The translations under genes were made by a program, and so were the position numbers. A model generated the notes under the pieces. That model made no database searches. It saw only the letters and a list, made by a program, of their open reading frames with translations, and was not told the DNA's origin. DNA of 64,000 nt, from NCBI RefSeq assembly GCF_009914755.1, contig NC_060937.1; one strand, 5' to 3'. The DNA is from the human T2T-CHM13v2.0 reference genome, Homo sapiens. Below, in pieces: positions 15,742 through 30,990 of this stretch. How positions within the stretch are numbered: the first letter of the stretch is position 1; every line of letters starts with the position of its first letter.

Positions 15742-15871
15742 CTTATATTTTAGATTATTAATCTGAATATCTACATCAAATTGACTGGTCTTTACATCTC
15801 CATAAAAACTAAACTTGCCATTTTCATATTCATTGAGCTTCTTTTCTGTCATTTGTAAGAGTTTCTTATAG
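15742..15871 (-). pseudogene. ANKRD26-like exon, intact frame and splice sites (130 nt)
   Basis: ctgcag|C YKKLLQMTEKKLNEYENGKFSFYGDVKTSQFDVDIQINNLKYK|gtaatt, overlapping ORF 15670..15852. Compare ANKRD26 (recalled) FKNLLKMTRKKLNEYENGEFSFHGDLKTSQFEMDIQINKLKHK. Confidence 0.92.
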
Positions 15872-16664
15872 CTGCAGGAATGTACAGAACGAGTAAATCA
15901 AATTTCTTAAGGGTAAATATTTAATAATTATTTAAAGAGATATTACATTCTAACATACAAAAGAAACAAATCCATAAATTAGAATCCTCTCTCATTTGTT
16001 TCAAACTAAAAGAGTTGGAAAACATTTAACGAAAGTATAATCTTAGGTAAATAACATGAAGAAAATTTTTATGACATGTATGGCAGATAAAGAGTTAATA
16101 TTAATTAATAAACTAGTGTGCATTTTAGTATATTAATATAAAACTTTAAACTATTATTAATTATGAGCTCTAACCTAGAGCTCAGTATCCCAGGTGAAGA
16201 GAAAAGCATACTTATATAAGTTTGAAAAAGACACAAAAATACATTTTGATACCCATTGACAACAGTCTATAAGAAGAAAATACATGCAGAAAACACCAAG
16301 GAGATTATTCAAAGTAGAAAAATGGACACAAAAGAAAACATCTGTGAAGTCTCAGTTAAGGAAGAAAAGGAAACGGGCAAGAGTTTTACAAGGAAGGAAA
16401 TGAGCAGAGAGAGAATGCATGGGCCCTTAAAGGCTGTTTTAAGAAGAGCTCTAGAGATCTTTGCCAGTACAATGTTAACAAAATGAAACGAATGCAAAAT
16501 CATGTAGAGAAAGACAATGAGAGAAAAATAGTAATTAGAATCAGAAAACAAACCTAAGTACTCAGCAAATACGTAGAAAAAAAGTCATGCTGGGGTCTTC
16601 AAAGGTACTGGGAAACATTCCATTTTCTATTTGGGTGATAGAAACACAATGTCCATTTTAAATG

Positions 16665-16714
16665 CACAAGAGCGAAACTCTGTCTCAAAAAAAAAAAAAA
16701 GAAAGAAAGAAAAA
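16665..16714 (+). mobile_element. Alu 3'-terminal stub with A-tail
   Basis: acaagagcgaaactctgtctc(A)n with no upstream Alu body. Confidence 0.8.
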
Positions 16715-17817
16715 TATCACCACATACACAATTCATCTTTTTTTCCTCATGTGCACACATTGCTATTTATTACTGAATCCAGTTAAGGACACAGATGTTA
16801 TCTTCCTGCCAGATAGATGTTCTGTTACTAGACAACAGTTTTAGCCCACCATTCATTCAGCCCTCGATAATTCTGCAATGCTTAACAACCTACTGAAGTC
16901 TCAAAAAAGAAATGGATAATGTAGGGAAGACTGGTGGTGGTAAATTCTACACTGTGGAACGTTTTCCTCTTTTTTTTTTATTAGAAGCTCCAATCAACCT
17001 CAGGGGTCCTCACTTATTCAATTGCCTGCCCAAATCCTTCCAATAGATTCCTGTCTCCAGAATGAAAGAAAAATTCCAATGGCCTTTGAGGCCCTTTAGG
17101 TAACCTCCCTGACCTCAGCTGCCATGACTCTCCCCTACTTACAGCATTTCTGCTATATGTGAATCCCACCACCCCTCATTAGTCTGAAACTGGGGGGTCC
17201 ATTGCCAAACTAAAAGATCACAGATAATTACACTTATCATTGTTGGACAAAATTATATCCAAATAATGGTCATTGAGCCTTGAAATAAAAATTATAAGCA
17301 AATGATTTCTAATAATATTAAATTACCTATACCAGTGGGAAAAATAAATCAAATATGGTTTTCCTAAAATTCACCACATTTGTCCCAAATTGTTATTTAA
17401 TAAAAAGTAGATGCCTTTTAAAAGTCAAGTGGTCATAACAACATGTAATTTGAGATTGAAATATTTTCAGATTTAAGTCAAATTGACATGAATAAAAATA
17501 AAATCATACCAACTAAAATGTGTGAACAGCTAATGAAGAAAAAGTATTACAAGATACAACAGTACACTTCAGTTCATCTGGGAAATCTAGAATTAACTGT
17601 CAAAGTAACTCATTTAATCAAATCTTAATTTCAAAACACTCATTTCAATTATGAGCATTTCCATTTATCTGCTACATTATAGTCTTAAAATGTGGCAACG
17701 TAAAGGCATTAAAATTATTTCAGCAGTGTAAGGCTACATTATTAATATTAGTCTATATCTATTAATAATTTGTAACAAACTCTTAAAATTGGATAAGTAA
17801 CATAACGTCATTACTCA

Positions 17818-18216
<399 letters not shown>

Positions 18217-18327
18217 TTAATCATCTATTTTTACATTCAACTAGACTAAACATTTAGCTACCAGCAAATATGACTTTAAATTTTCCTTCAGGAGGTTTGA
18301 AAAATATTTATCTTTCTGAATACTTAG

Positions 18328-19161
18328 TTCTCTTTCTGCTTTCTCTTCTTCATATTGATATAGTATTTCTTTTAAATGATCACACTCATTTAATAACTCC
18401 TTATATTTATCTTCTAGTGAACAACGTTGCTTTTCATTCCCAAGAAATTGGTCTTGAGTATTAATTATCTTTTCTTCCGTATCTGCATCTTGTGATCCTC
18501 ATCTAGTTGCTGTTGAAGCAGCATATTTTCATTTTGTAGCTGGGATAATCTCTCTTCCATGGCTTCCTGCTTTGCAGTGTATTTACTCACTTTATCTTGC
18601 TCATTTTCATACATTTGTTCAGTGTCCTTCATCTGACATCGTGTTTGGCGTAGATCTCTTTGTAGACGTTCTGAAACCAAAGTTATATCTCTGAGAGCAT
18701 CTCTTGTGTTATGGAACTAAATTGTTAGGTTACTGAATTTACTTTGAGCTTCAGAAAGTTGTTGAGAAAGAATTTCATTGTTACTTTTTAGGTTAGACAT
18801 GTCAAAATTTATTTTTTCTTGTAAACAAGCATCTCTTGCACTCTGGAGAGCAAATTCTAGGTGTTTCCTTGATATCTTGCCTTGATCAAGATCACATAAA
18901 GCAGCAGCCAGTGTATAACCATAGGATTCAACTTCTGTTTCCAGTCTTTCCGTGTTTTCTTTTTCTTTCTTCAGTTCAGAACTGAGCAATAATCTCTCAC
19001 CTGCTCTCACCTGTCAAAACATTCAGCTCTCCATTACAGTCAGATACTGTTTTTGTTACTGTTTCCTGGGTTTTTATTGTGTCCGTTTCCAGTCTTAGAG
19101 TGACAATTTCTCCCTTCAACATACAATTTTCATGCAACATATCTTCGTGTCTATGAGAAAT
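18328..19161 (-). pseudogene. ANKRD26-like large coiled-coil exon remnant
   Basis: ttag|ISHRHEDMLHENCMLKGEIVTLRLETDTIKTQETVTKTV..., continuing through ORFs 18717..19010 and 18465..18680 (NFDMSNLKSNNEILSQQL; [19 protein letters not shown]) to YQYEEEKAERE. It has a TAG at 18717-18719, frameshifts, and a donor mutated to ctaagt. Confidence 0.93.
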
Positions 19162-19501
19162 CTAAGTAAAGCAAAGGAAACTTTTAGCTACCACTCAATA
19201 AAATTACATATCACAATTTCCTCTAAAATTAAAGAATAACCTGTACATTTATACAATGAAAGGGTTGCCGTATGTGGATATCCAACTGGAGAAAAAGTCA
19301 GGTCAAAACCTCAAACCTAATAGACCATAGACTACCAAAAGTTCAAAAATTTATTTGAAAACAATGAATCTGTGAAAGTAAAAAAGAAACCACTAGGGAA
19401 GTTTTAAGAATCTCAAAATTGGATAAGCCCCTCCCTGAATTACAACAAATCCAAAGGCATAAAATAAAAAATTAAAAACTTGGACTATGTTAAAAAACTG
19501 G

Positions 19502-20150
<649 letters not shown>

Positions 20151-20924
20151 TTATACATGACCCCATAATAAGAACTTTCGCACTGCATATATTTGGACAG
20201 ATTAAATTTCCCAAAGTTATTTAAGTTTCTTTGTCCTGAGAAGGTTCTATAGACATTCTACTTTTCTAATGTTTTTATAGTCAGTTATAAGAATTGCATT
20301 CATTAACGAATGATAAAGCTAGGCATTTTAGCAAGTACTTCTACATATACACATCACATTAGTTATCACAATTCTGAAAAGAGGAGGTTAAAAATGTAAG
20401 CGAGCTACAGGATTTTCCCCAAGTCTTCTGATTCTACTTCTAGTGTTCTTCCACCAAATCCAAGTTACTTCTGTGGGATAAGTATACAAATAACACAAGT
20501 AGCCTTTTATTTCAAAGCACCAGTAGTAAATAAGATGACATTTATAGAGCTTTTTTTAGAAAATCATGCAGTTATTTTCTATTGCAATAACTTTTGTTTT
20601 CTCTTCATGTTTGAAACAGTAATAGAATAAAATACACTAAACTATTTCACTAGGAATGACATACTTATCAGTAAATTATCAGCAAGTGTATATTATGACA
20701 TCATTATTTTCAAAAGCTCTTTGTACTGAAATAAGACACTACTTGGATGCCAAGATTTATAACAAATAACTATAGCTGTAAATATCATAGTTCATTTTTA
20801 AGATGAGATAACATTTTTGGTTTGTTTTAGACCTAAACAATATGTATTAAATCAAAAACATACTATAAGTGATATTGATGAAACAAAGTTAGAAATAGGA
20901 AATTTTTAACAAATATTAATGTTA

Positions 20925-21105
20925 CTGATGTGAATTATTTCTTGCAGTCTTCCATTCCATGTCTAGTATCATTTGAGACTGAGTTCAAGTTGTTGTTTCA
21001 CTTCGATTTCTTTCTTATATTCCTCTTCTTTTCTGCCTAAATCTTCCCTAGTTTTTTCATATAACATATCAGCATTTCTTCTCTTCTTCTTGTTTTAAAG
21101 TAAAT
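20925..21105 (-). pseudogene. ANKRD26-like exon remnant
   Basis: ctgcag|FTLKQEEEK (frameshift) NADMLYEKTREDLGRKEEEYKKEIEVKQQLELSLK* (frameshift) ILDMEWKTARNNSHQ. Confidence 0.9.
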
Positions 21106-22086
21106 CTGCAGTTAAATATGCTTATCTTAAAATTCATTTTGTTAGAAAATAAAACGTTCATTTTGTGATCTGCCACTTCATCAGTTAATTTATTATCCTA
21201 ATAAAATTTCTATGTTCTTAAATATTTTCCCTTTCTAGTTCTCAGATATCTAATTGTTTACTTCAGTCTCTTCCGAAGGATGTCTGTCTTGAAAGGTGGC
21301 GAGGAAAGAATACTCTGCCCATTGGCGAGTTTCCATTACTAGTAACTTCAGTTAATATTATTGAAAAGGATGTTGGAAATTATTCAATAAATTTACATGT
21401 CAAAAATTTCCTTTTTACCACACCTCTGTAATTAGGACAGATCATTTAAAGTTAACTAACTAAAAAGAAGTTACTGTTTAAAAGCAATTTTATAAATTCT
21501 CATCTTTATGATATATTGCAGGTACCCCTAAAAATGATTTGCAGTGTAATATAAATAGCACCTTCAGATGTCTTTCACACAACGTATATCTATAAATTAT
21601 TATAACCAAAGACTAGGCCAAAGAATCTAATACGTGTTACCCCACACATTTTGTTTCTTTTTTGACTGCTCTGCTGGTTGAGTTACAAATTAATATAAAT
21701 CTTTTTGAGAACAATTTAGAAATATTGACCAAAGACCATTTTTAAAAGTTTCTATACTTTAACCAAATAATTCTATGTTGAAGAATTTATTTAAAGTAAA
21801 TAATTAGAAATGTAGAAAAAGATTTTTATAACAAATGTTCCTCACTGTACTTATTATAATGCAAAAATATTTAAAAATTAAACATCTAATTTATTATATA
21901 AATAATGAGATTTCCATATGATGGACTCCTATAAAGCCATTAATATTATGATTTAAAATATATGAATTTAATTATTATTATAATAGAATTCATTGTATTA
22001 ATTTAATTATTATAATACTATATTATTAATTATAATTAATTATGATAGTAGAAGTATTCACAGTTAAGGACTTGTTATATTATTTT

Positions 22087-22236
22087 GGCCTGGGTGTAGT
22101 GCTCACACCTATAATCCCAAAACTTTGGGAGGCTGAGGCAGGAGGATCATTTGAGCCCAGGAGTTCAAGACCAGCCTAGGAAAGATAGCAACACTCCATC
22201 TCTACAAAATAGAAATAAGAATAATAATTTTTAAAA
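22087..22236 (+). mobile_element. FLAM-type Alu monomer
   Basis: Single arm (ggaggatcatttgagcccaggagttcaagacc) with a 16-bp TSD CTTGTTATATTATTTT at 22071 and 22241. Confidence 0.9.
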
Positions 22237-22384
22237 AGAGCTTGTTATATTATTTTGAAGAGTTTCACACTCCACAAGACCAAAAGATGTTCTCCACTGT
22301 TACAACCCAAAAGGTAAGTCAATAATGACAAAAATTTTCCTATGTATGTTATTATAAAGTAAGTAGTCCAAAAATTTCTTTTAA

Positions 22385-22924
<540 letters not shown>

Positions 22925-22997
22925 CTGTATCAGGGAGAAAACAAGGCAGAAATAAAATTTATAAGTGCTTTTTAACTATGAAGGACTGCATATTTTA

Positions 22998-23300
22998 ACA
23001 TTCACTCATTCATACACTGAACAAATATATGAGTGCCTAAATGTAAGAGACACTATACTAAGCTCTGCAGATAAAACAGACAAAACTTCTGCTCTTGGTT
23101 AGCTTATAGTGTAGTGAAGAACAAAGACAGAAAAAGATAACAGAGTTCTATGCTGACATAAGAGAATTTAATCAATACCGGGCCCAGGGAAGATTTCCCT
23201 GAGGAAGAGACGGCTACACTGAGAAATGAAGAATAAGATGAAAGCAGTTAAGCAAAGGGGGGAAAAAGCATTCTATCCAGTCTATGGCATGTGCTGAAGA
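22998..23300 (-). mobile_element. L2 3' fragment
   Basis: cattcactcattca...aacaaatatatgagtgccta matches the L2 terminus. Confidence 0.6.
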
Positions 23301-24452
23301 TCTATTACAATTTGCTTCTAGCCAAGATGGAGCAACAGGTACTGATTTTCCTTCTTAGCTAAAATAACCAAAAACAAACAGACAAAAAATATTTTAAAAT
23401 AATTTTCAAGACAGTGGACTTCAGGCAAAGAAGACAATAATTCCTAGAAGACAGGAGAAAAATATAAAGTAAGCCTTCTGAATGCTCCAGCTCTCTGCCT
23501 TGAAAGCGTTTCCAGGTCATGGCACAGAAATTAACAAACTGAGGTGCAGTCTCCCTGAGTTGGAGTGATGAAGCTGAGAGCCTGGTCAAACCAAAGCAGA
23601 CAGAAACCACAGGTCAGAACACTGGAGAGAAAACAGAGGTACAGAGAAAGAACCCTGGAGATGCAGAGATACCCTCCTGGGTATTTGGCAGAATATTGAA
23701 CATGGCATGTGTACTAGGAAACTCTCCAACAACAAGGGAAAAAAATCTAAAAACACTAAAGGAAACTGTGCCTGGTGATCACATAGTGTGAGGAAGGGTG
23801 TCCATTCCCAAGAGCAGGCTGGAAAAGACTCCTAATTCACAGGACAATAAATAATCAGAAAGATCTTGCCTCAGGAATGAGGAATTAGCCCAAATCATAA
23901 AAGCAAGAATGGACAGGATCAAGCTGTTTGTAAATAACTCAGCCGTATCCCTAAATAAATCTCAACAAGGTAAGTTGAGCCATAAAGATACTTTTAAAAA
24001 TCACACTGCACTTGTAGAGATGCAAACTCCAATGTCAGAGATGAAAATTACACTAGATAAATATAAGCACAGATTAGATATCACAAAAGAAAAGATTCAT
24101 AAAGTTGAGACATTAGTGAATTGTGAGAAAACTTCGAGCGGCTAATATAGAAGCCCCCAGAAAGCAAGAGAGGCAGAAAAAACATTTGAGGAAAAAACAG
24201 CTGAAAACTTTATAAACTTTACAGATCCAGAAAGAAGCTGGCTGGGAGAGAAGAAATAAAAGTATTCTATTGTAATTTTCTTATACTGTATAGGATGTGG
24301 TATAATATTACTCGAAGGTGAACTATGATAAGTTAAAATCGTATACTATAAATCCTGAAGCAACCACTAAGACAGCCAAACCAAGTAACACACATCCAGA
24401 TAACCCAGGGTCAAAGAGTTAATAAAAAGTATAATTGGAAAGTATTTCGAAT

Positions 24453-24794
<342 letters not shown>

Positions 24795-25901
24795 TTATGG
24801 AATGCAGCTACAACAGTACCTAAATTTAAAAAAAAAAGAGCTATAGCTCACGAGTCAAAAAAGAGATATAAAACTAAATCATAAAAATTACTTGGCTAAT
24901 CTAAAAAAAAGCAGAGAAAGCAGAAAAAGGAAACAAAGATGAGCTGGGACTAATAGAAATCAAACAGCACGATGACAGACAAATCTAACTCGATAATCAC
25001 ACTATAAATGAAACTGTTCTAAAAACCTCAATTAAAGGCAGAATCTCAGGCAGGATAAAAAAGCAAGACCCAACAATATGCTGCCTATAAAGAATGCACT
25101 TTAAATGTAAAGATACAAATTGGCTCAAAGAATAGAACAAGATATACCATGCTAACACTTACCAAAACAAGACGTAGGGGAAGTGGCTGTATTGATACCA
25201 AAGGAGATTTCACAGCAAAAATATTATCAGCACTAACAAGGTCATTTCATAATAACAAAAACATAACAGTTCTAAATGTTTATTCATACAATAACATGAC
25301 GGCTTCAAAATATGGGAGGCAAGAATGAATAGAACTGCAAAAAGAAATAGACAAATTCACAGGTATAGTCTGGGATTTCAACACCCCTTACTGAACTGAT
25401 AGAACAAGAAGGCAGAAAATCAGTAAGACAGAGTAGACTTGAATAGCGCTATTCTCAAGTACCCATGGAACAGTTACCAAAATAGACCACATTCTAGATC
25501 ATACAATAAATGTTAATAAAAGAATGAAGTCAAAAGGATTTAAGCCATACAAAGTATGTTCCTGACTGAAAAGCAATCAAATTAGAGACCAATAATAAAA
25601 ATATCCCTGGAAAAACTCAATTATTTGGAAACTAAGTAATGCACATCCAAATAACTCTGAGTCAAAGAGATAATAAAAAGTGAAATTAGAAAGTATTTTG
25701 AACATTCAATATGCTGAAAACACAATATATCAGAAGTTATGGAATGCAGCTACACAGCCCTTAAATAAAAATGTTTAGCACTGAATGTCCTGCATTAGAA
25801 GAGTACCAAATCAATTACTTGGACTGCTACCTTAAGAAACTAGAAAAAAAGAAGAGGAAATTAAACGCAAAGGAAGCAGACGAAAGAAAATAGTAAACAT
25901 C

Positions 25902-26270
25902 TGCCATGGTCTGAAAGTTTGTGCCCCGCCAAAATTTATATGTTAAAACCTAATCACAGAGGTGATGTTATTGCTAGATGAGGCTTTTTGGAGGTGACTA
26001 GGTCATGGGGACCAAGCCCTCATTCATGAATGGAATTGGAGCCCTTATACAGAGTTCCTAGAGAGCTTCTTCGTCTCTTCTGCCATGTGAGAACATAGGG
26101 AAAAAGAACACATCTATAAAGCAGAAAGTGGTCCCTCACCAGACACCAAATTTGACAGCACCTTGATCTTGGACTTCACAGCTTCCAGAACTGTAAGAAA
26201 TCAATTTCTGTTGTTTATAAGCTACCCAGTCTATAGCATTCTGTTACAGCAGGACAAAAGGACTCTGACA
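25902..26270 (+). mobile_element. MaLR LTR (MLT1A/MSTD-like)
   Basis: tgccatggtctgaa...ccttgatcttggacttc...ttctgttgtttataagctacccagtct...gaca. Confidence 0.82.
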
Positions 26271-26271
26271 T

Positions 26272-26666
26272 TGTATTAGTTTGTTCTTGCATTGATATAA
26301 GGAAATACCTGAGACTGAGTAATTTATAAAGAAAAGAAGTTTAATTGGCTCATGGTTCCGCAAGCTGTACAGGAAGCATAATGCTGGCATCTACTCAGCT
26401 TCTAGGAGGCCTCAGAAGCTTATAATCATGGTGGAAGGTAAAGGGGTCACCAGCACTTCACGTGGCTGGAGCAGGAGGAAGGGGGTGGGGGAGGTGCCAC
26501 ACATTAAACAACCAGATCTCATGAAAACTCACTTGCTACTGAGACACAGAACTAGGGGGAAAATCTATCCCCAAGATCCAATCACCCTCTCCAGGCCCCA
26601 CCTCTAACACTGGGGATTATAGATCGACATGAGATTTGAGTGGGGACACACATCCAAACCATATCA
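26272..26666 (-). mobile_element. MaLR LTR (MSTA/B-like)
   Basis: tgtattagtttgttcttgcattg...atccaaaccatatca, with a 5-bp TSD GACAT at 26267-26271 and 26667-26671. Confidence 0.9.
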
Positions 26667-27164
26667 GACATCAAAGATGAAACCAATTAAAACAAAAAAT
26701 GGGAAAAACCAACAACACCAAACACTTTGAGGAGATTAATAAAAATGATTAACTTCTATCTAGCCCTGCTGCTCATAAGAAAGATAAGATGTGAGTTAAT
26801 AACTCTGGACTCTGACAATTTTTTACAAAGCATTCCCTTGGGATATACCTGCAGATTATACTAGGATTACTATTAACTATACTATTGGTAGGCAATTAAT
26901 GCAATAAGAAGTCTTACTTTCTCTTCTTTGTCTTTATCAAATGTATTTATTTAATAAATACCATTTATCAAAATGTGATACCTACAAGTTAACTGTGGTG
27001 TACAGTAGTCATAATCCTAACAAAATCATATCAGACTGACAATGTTATCATTAGCAGGATCAGTATCATAAGCAAAGAATGTCAAACTTAAGGATCATGA
27101 TTTCTGAACAAATAAACTAGGAGCAGTTAGGATAGAGTATACAGTAATCCCCCCTTATCCACTA

Positions 27165-28250
27165 TATGTATAGAAAAAACACACTCAACACGTTTTTCCT
27201 ATGCCCTCACAGCGCAACAACAATCATCAACACAAAACACTTCTGTGACCAAAGGTGTGGGGTATTTCCCCACCAACAAGCAAGTAATCACTTCTGCAGC
27301 TGACAGCAGCTGAGTGACCTCCAATTCAATTCTAGTACTATCTACCTAGAGATAGCATCAGATCCCACAGGCTGAAGGCTCAGTCTCATACGACTTCCTC
27401 TGCAACCATCAGTTGCAAGTCGGGGCCTCCAAAACTTCTGATTGACTTGCTTCAAGTTGGGGTTCCCATGACCCCATCTTTGGGTTTGATTAACTTCCTA
27501 GAGCTGCTCAAAGAACTCAGGGAAACACGTTTACCAGTTTATTATAAAGGAAATTACAAAGACTACAGATGGCGGGGCATGGTGGCTCACGCCTGTAATC
27601 CCAGCACTTTGGGAGGCCGAGGCAGGTGGATCACCTGAGGTCAGGAGTTTGAGACCAGCCTGGATAACATGGTGAAAACCCCTTCTCTCCAAAATATACA
27701 AAAAAATCACTTGAACCCAGGAGGCGGAGGTTGCAATGAGACAAGATCACACCATTTCGCTCCAGCCTGGGCAACAAGAGTGAAACTCCTTCTCAAAAAC
27801 AAAACAAAACACAATAACAAAAACAAAGACTACAGCTGAAGAGATTGTAGGGTGAGGTATGGGAGAAGAGCCACCGAGTTTCTATGCCCTCTCTGAGTGC
27901 TCCACCCTCCAGGAATCTCTATGTGTACAGCTATCTGGAAGCTCTCTGAACCCAGTCCTTTGGGTTTTTATGAAAACTTCATTATATAGGCATGACTGAT
28001 TTAATCACTGGCCATCAGTGATTAACCTTCAGCCCCTCTCCCCTCCCAGGAGGCTGGATGGTGGGGCTGAAAGTCCCAGCCCTCTAATCATGCCTTGGTC
28101 TTCTTCCTGGTGACCAGCCCCCACGCTGGTGCTGCCAGCCATCATTCAATAATTAGCATACAAAAGACATCATTTTGGAGATTCTAAGGATTTTATGAGT
28201 TGTATGCCAGGAAACAGGGTTGAAAAACAAACATATTTCATAGTATTACA
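27165..28250 (-). mobile_element. MER21-like LTR nested in MER44
   Basis: cacttctgtgaccaaa...gagatagcatcagatcccacagg...ttcagcccctctcccctccc motifs. Confidence 0.75.
27571..27822 (+). mobile_element. Alu with internal deletion, nested in the LTR
   Basis: The linker joins directly to aatcacttgaaccc, so the start of the right arm is missing. CAAAGACTACAG lies on both flanks. Confidence 0.9.
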
Positions 28251-29334
28251 TCAGCAGTTTTGATTTCTGTGGTTTTAGTTAGTTACAGTCAACCACAGTC
28301 CAAAAATATTAAATGGCAAATTCCAGAAATAAACAATTCATACATTTTACATAGTATGCCATTCTGAGAAGCGTGATGCAATCTTGAGCTATTCTGCTCC
28401 ATGCCACCCAAAATGTGAATCTTCCCTTTGTCCGGTGTATTCTCACTTTATATGCTATACTCCCAGTCTGCTCCTGACATCCAACCATCAACATCATGGC
28501 TCCCTGATCCACAATCACCCAAAGCAGGTTACTATATGTCAGAAGGTCAATAGTAACCTAACACTACATTACAATGCCTACTTCATTCATCTCACTGCCT
28601 TTCATCATATAGGCATTGTATCACCTCACATCATCACAAGAAGGGAGATTACAGCATAAGATGTTATGAGAGCCCATATTCATATAAATTTTATTACAGT
28701 ATATGTTGCAATTTTTCTATTTCATTATTAGTTACTGTTATTAAACTCTTTCTGTGCCTAATGTATAAATTAAACTTTATCATAGATATATATGTTTAGA
28801 AAAAAACAGTATATATAGGGTTCAGCATTAGCCACGGTTTCAGGCATTCGCTGTGGTCTTGGAAAGTATCCCCCATGGATAAGGGGAAATTACTGTACTT
28901 ATTTTTTTATGACACAACACAGTTACCTCAGCTCTACAGCTGAAATTGTTTAGTTTAAGATAAAACACCCTATCACAAGAAGCTAGGTCTATGGGCACCA
29001 TATCTTGAAGCATGGAAAAACACAGACGGAAGTCCAGGGAGAAGGATCCTTGCAAAGACTTTCCAGCTGCCAGTGGAGAAGGGCTCAAGAGAGATCAACG
29101 TACTTACTCTCATGAATCCTCTTTTGGGGAAGACGCTGTTAAGTTTATTTAATTCCGGCTATTTTCTCCGCCCCATGTATGGTGTAAACAAGGCTCAAAT
29201 TCACCTGCCAGATTACCTCCCATGAAAAGAACCGCTGGAAAGATCACTTCCTTAAGAGCTTCTCTTCTCTGAACCGTACCACTAATTCAGACAGAAGCTT
29301 AAGAAGAAATTCTGGGGAAATAGTGTCAAGTTGC

Positions 29335-29468
29335 CAGGGCCTCACCAGAAGCTGAGCAGGTGCTGGTGCCATGGTTGTACAGCCTTGAGAATAGTGAGCC
29401 AAATAAGTCTCTTTTTGAATTACCCAGTCTCAGGTATTTTTTATGGTAATGAAAAACAGACTAATATA
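29335..29468 (+). mobile_element. MST-type LTR 3' fragment
   Basis: gtgagccaaataa...attacccagtctcaggtatt...gactaata. Confidence 0.65.
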
Positions 29469-29969
29469 GACATCTTGAAAATTAGAGATCATGAAAGGTC
29501 AAAGTAAGAGAATATGAGCATTATCTCCCAAATCCGAAGTATACAAAAATATGTAAAGCCTATAATTTAAATTGCATACTTAGCCAAGAGAAAAATTGAT
29601 AAAAATGATAAATATTTCATCTTATTTTGCAGTTATAAATAGAAATTTGACACAATATGAATGAAAAGTGGACCATCTACATAAGACAATTTTTATTGTA
29701 ATTTTAAATTAGAAATTATTATGCTTACTTCATCTAACAATTTTACTGAAATGTTAATCAGATAAGAAGGACAAATTATAATTACCTAATATTGCCATAG
29801 TAACTTACATACAAATACTGTTATTCACCAAAAGCCAAAAAAGTAACCAGTCTTGCAAGTTTAGATGGATCCTACAACTGAAACCAGTACCGTGTTATAT
29901 CATTATATTGTTTGCATTTAAAATAAAATGTTAAGACAACAACAAAAATTAAGTAGGGACTATAACTGC

Positions 29970-30440
29970 TGTGCAGAGGAGATTTCATATAGCAGGCATG
30001 AGACTGCCATCTTTAGAAAGGCCTGCTTGCCTGGCTGGCCTCTGGTTGGCATTTGGGAACTTGGAATTGGGAGAGTCCCCAATATTCCCTAACTGAGATG
30101 AGTGGTTCACTGTGTCCTAAACTGTTTGCATAAACAATGCAGTTGTCTCCGAACAGCTGCTTTCCTTCTGGGAGTCTGGAAGTTGAGTACATTAGAGAGA
30201 GATTGCCTATGTGACTAGCCTCCATTAAAAACTTGAGCACTGAGCCTCTAACAAGACTGTGTAGTGATAGACAACACTGCACATGTGTTGTCAAATTTTG
30301 AGGCTGAAGGAATGAAGTACGTTCTGGTAACCCCACAGGAGAAGATCCTTGGAAACCTGTGCCTGATTTCCTCCAGATTTTACCACTACACCTTTTCCCT
30401 TTGCTAATTTTGCTTTGTATCCTTTCATTGTAATAAAGAG
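29970..30440 (+). mobile_element. MER68-like LTR
   Basis: tgtgcaga...atagcaggcatgagactgccatctttagaaaggcctgcttgc, with AATAAA near 30432. Confidence 0.7.
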
Positions 30441-30990
30441 CTGATATGCAATAAATCTATATATAATAAAAACATATGCATATAATAAAATGTATAAATA
30501 ATAAAATCTCTAAGCACAAATCAAAAGATTCCCTTTACTTCTGAAGAGACTAAAATTTCACAGAAAATACCAATTCACAAAAATAAAAATAATAGAAATT
30601 GAGAAATATTAATTTTCTTCTGAAGAAAACACAGTATTTATTAGCCTGTGAGGATTAACATGATTAGAGTTTAGGTTATATAGAACTCCATAAGGACCTA
30701 ACATCATAGGCCCATATGGACTGCTCCAGCCCTTTGCCAGTGCAATAAACTGTTTATTAAACAGCCACTACAACCACTAACATCTTCTGTCCTCCTGTGT
30801 ACTCACTACATTAATTGAAGAGCAGCCTTTGTAATAAATCAAAAACCCGAGTATGACTATTTGGTAAGCCCTGTGAGTGATAAATACAATTACTATTTTC
30901 ATAATTGTTTTTATATTTCTAGTAATTATGTAATAATTACTATTTATATCAAGTATAAACTGTCTTCAAATCCTTGAAATCATTATCAAA

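Larger units (their letters stand above)
27142..28895 (+). mobile_element. MER44-type Tigger DNA transposon, split by an LTR
   Basis: Terminal inverted repeats CAGTAATCCCCCCTTATCC and GGATAAGGGGAAATTACTG flanked by TA. The body resumes at ~28255. Confidence 0.85.

Noticed and set aside
18465-19010. Functional coiled-coil protein gene
   Set aside because: The two ORFs are pieces of one exon separated by a TAG and a frameshift. The donor is mutated and neighbouring exons are disabled.
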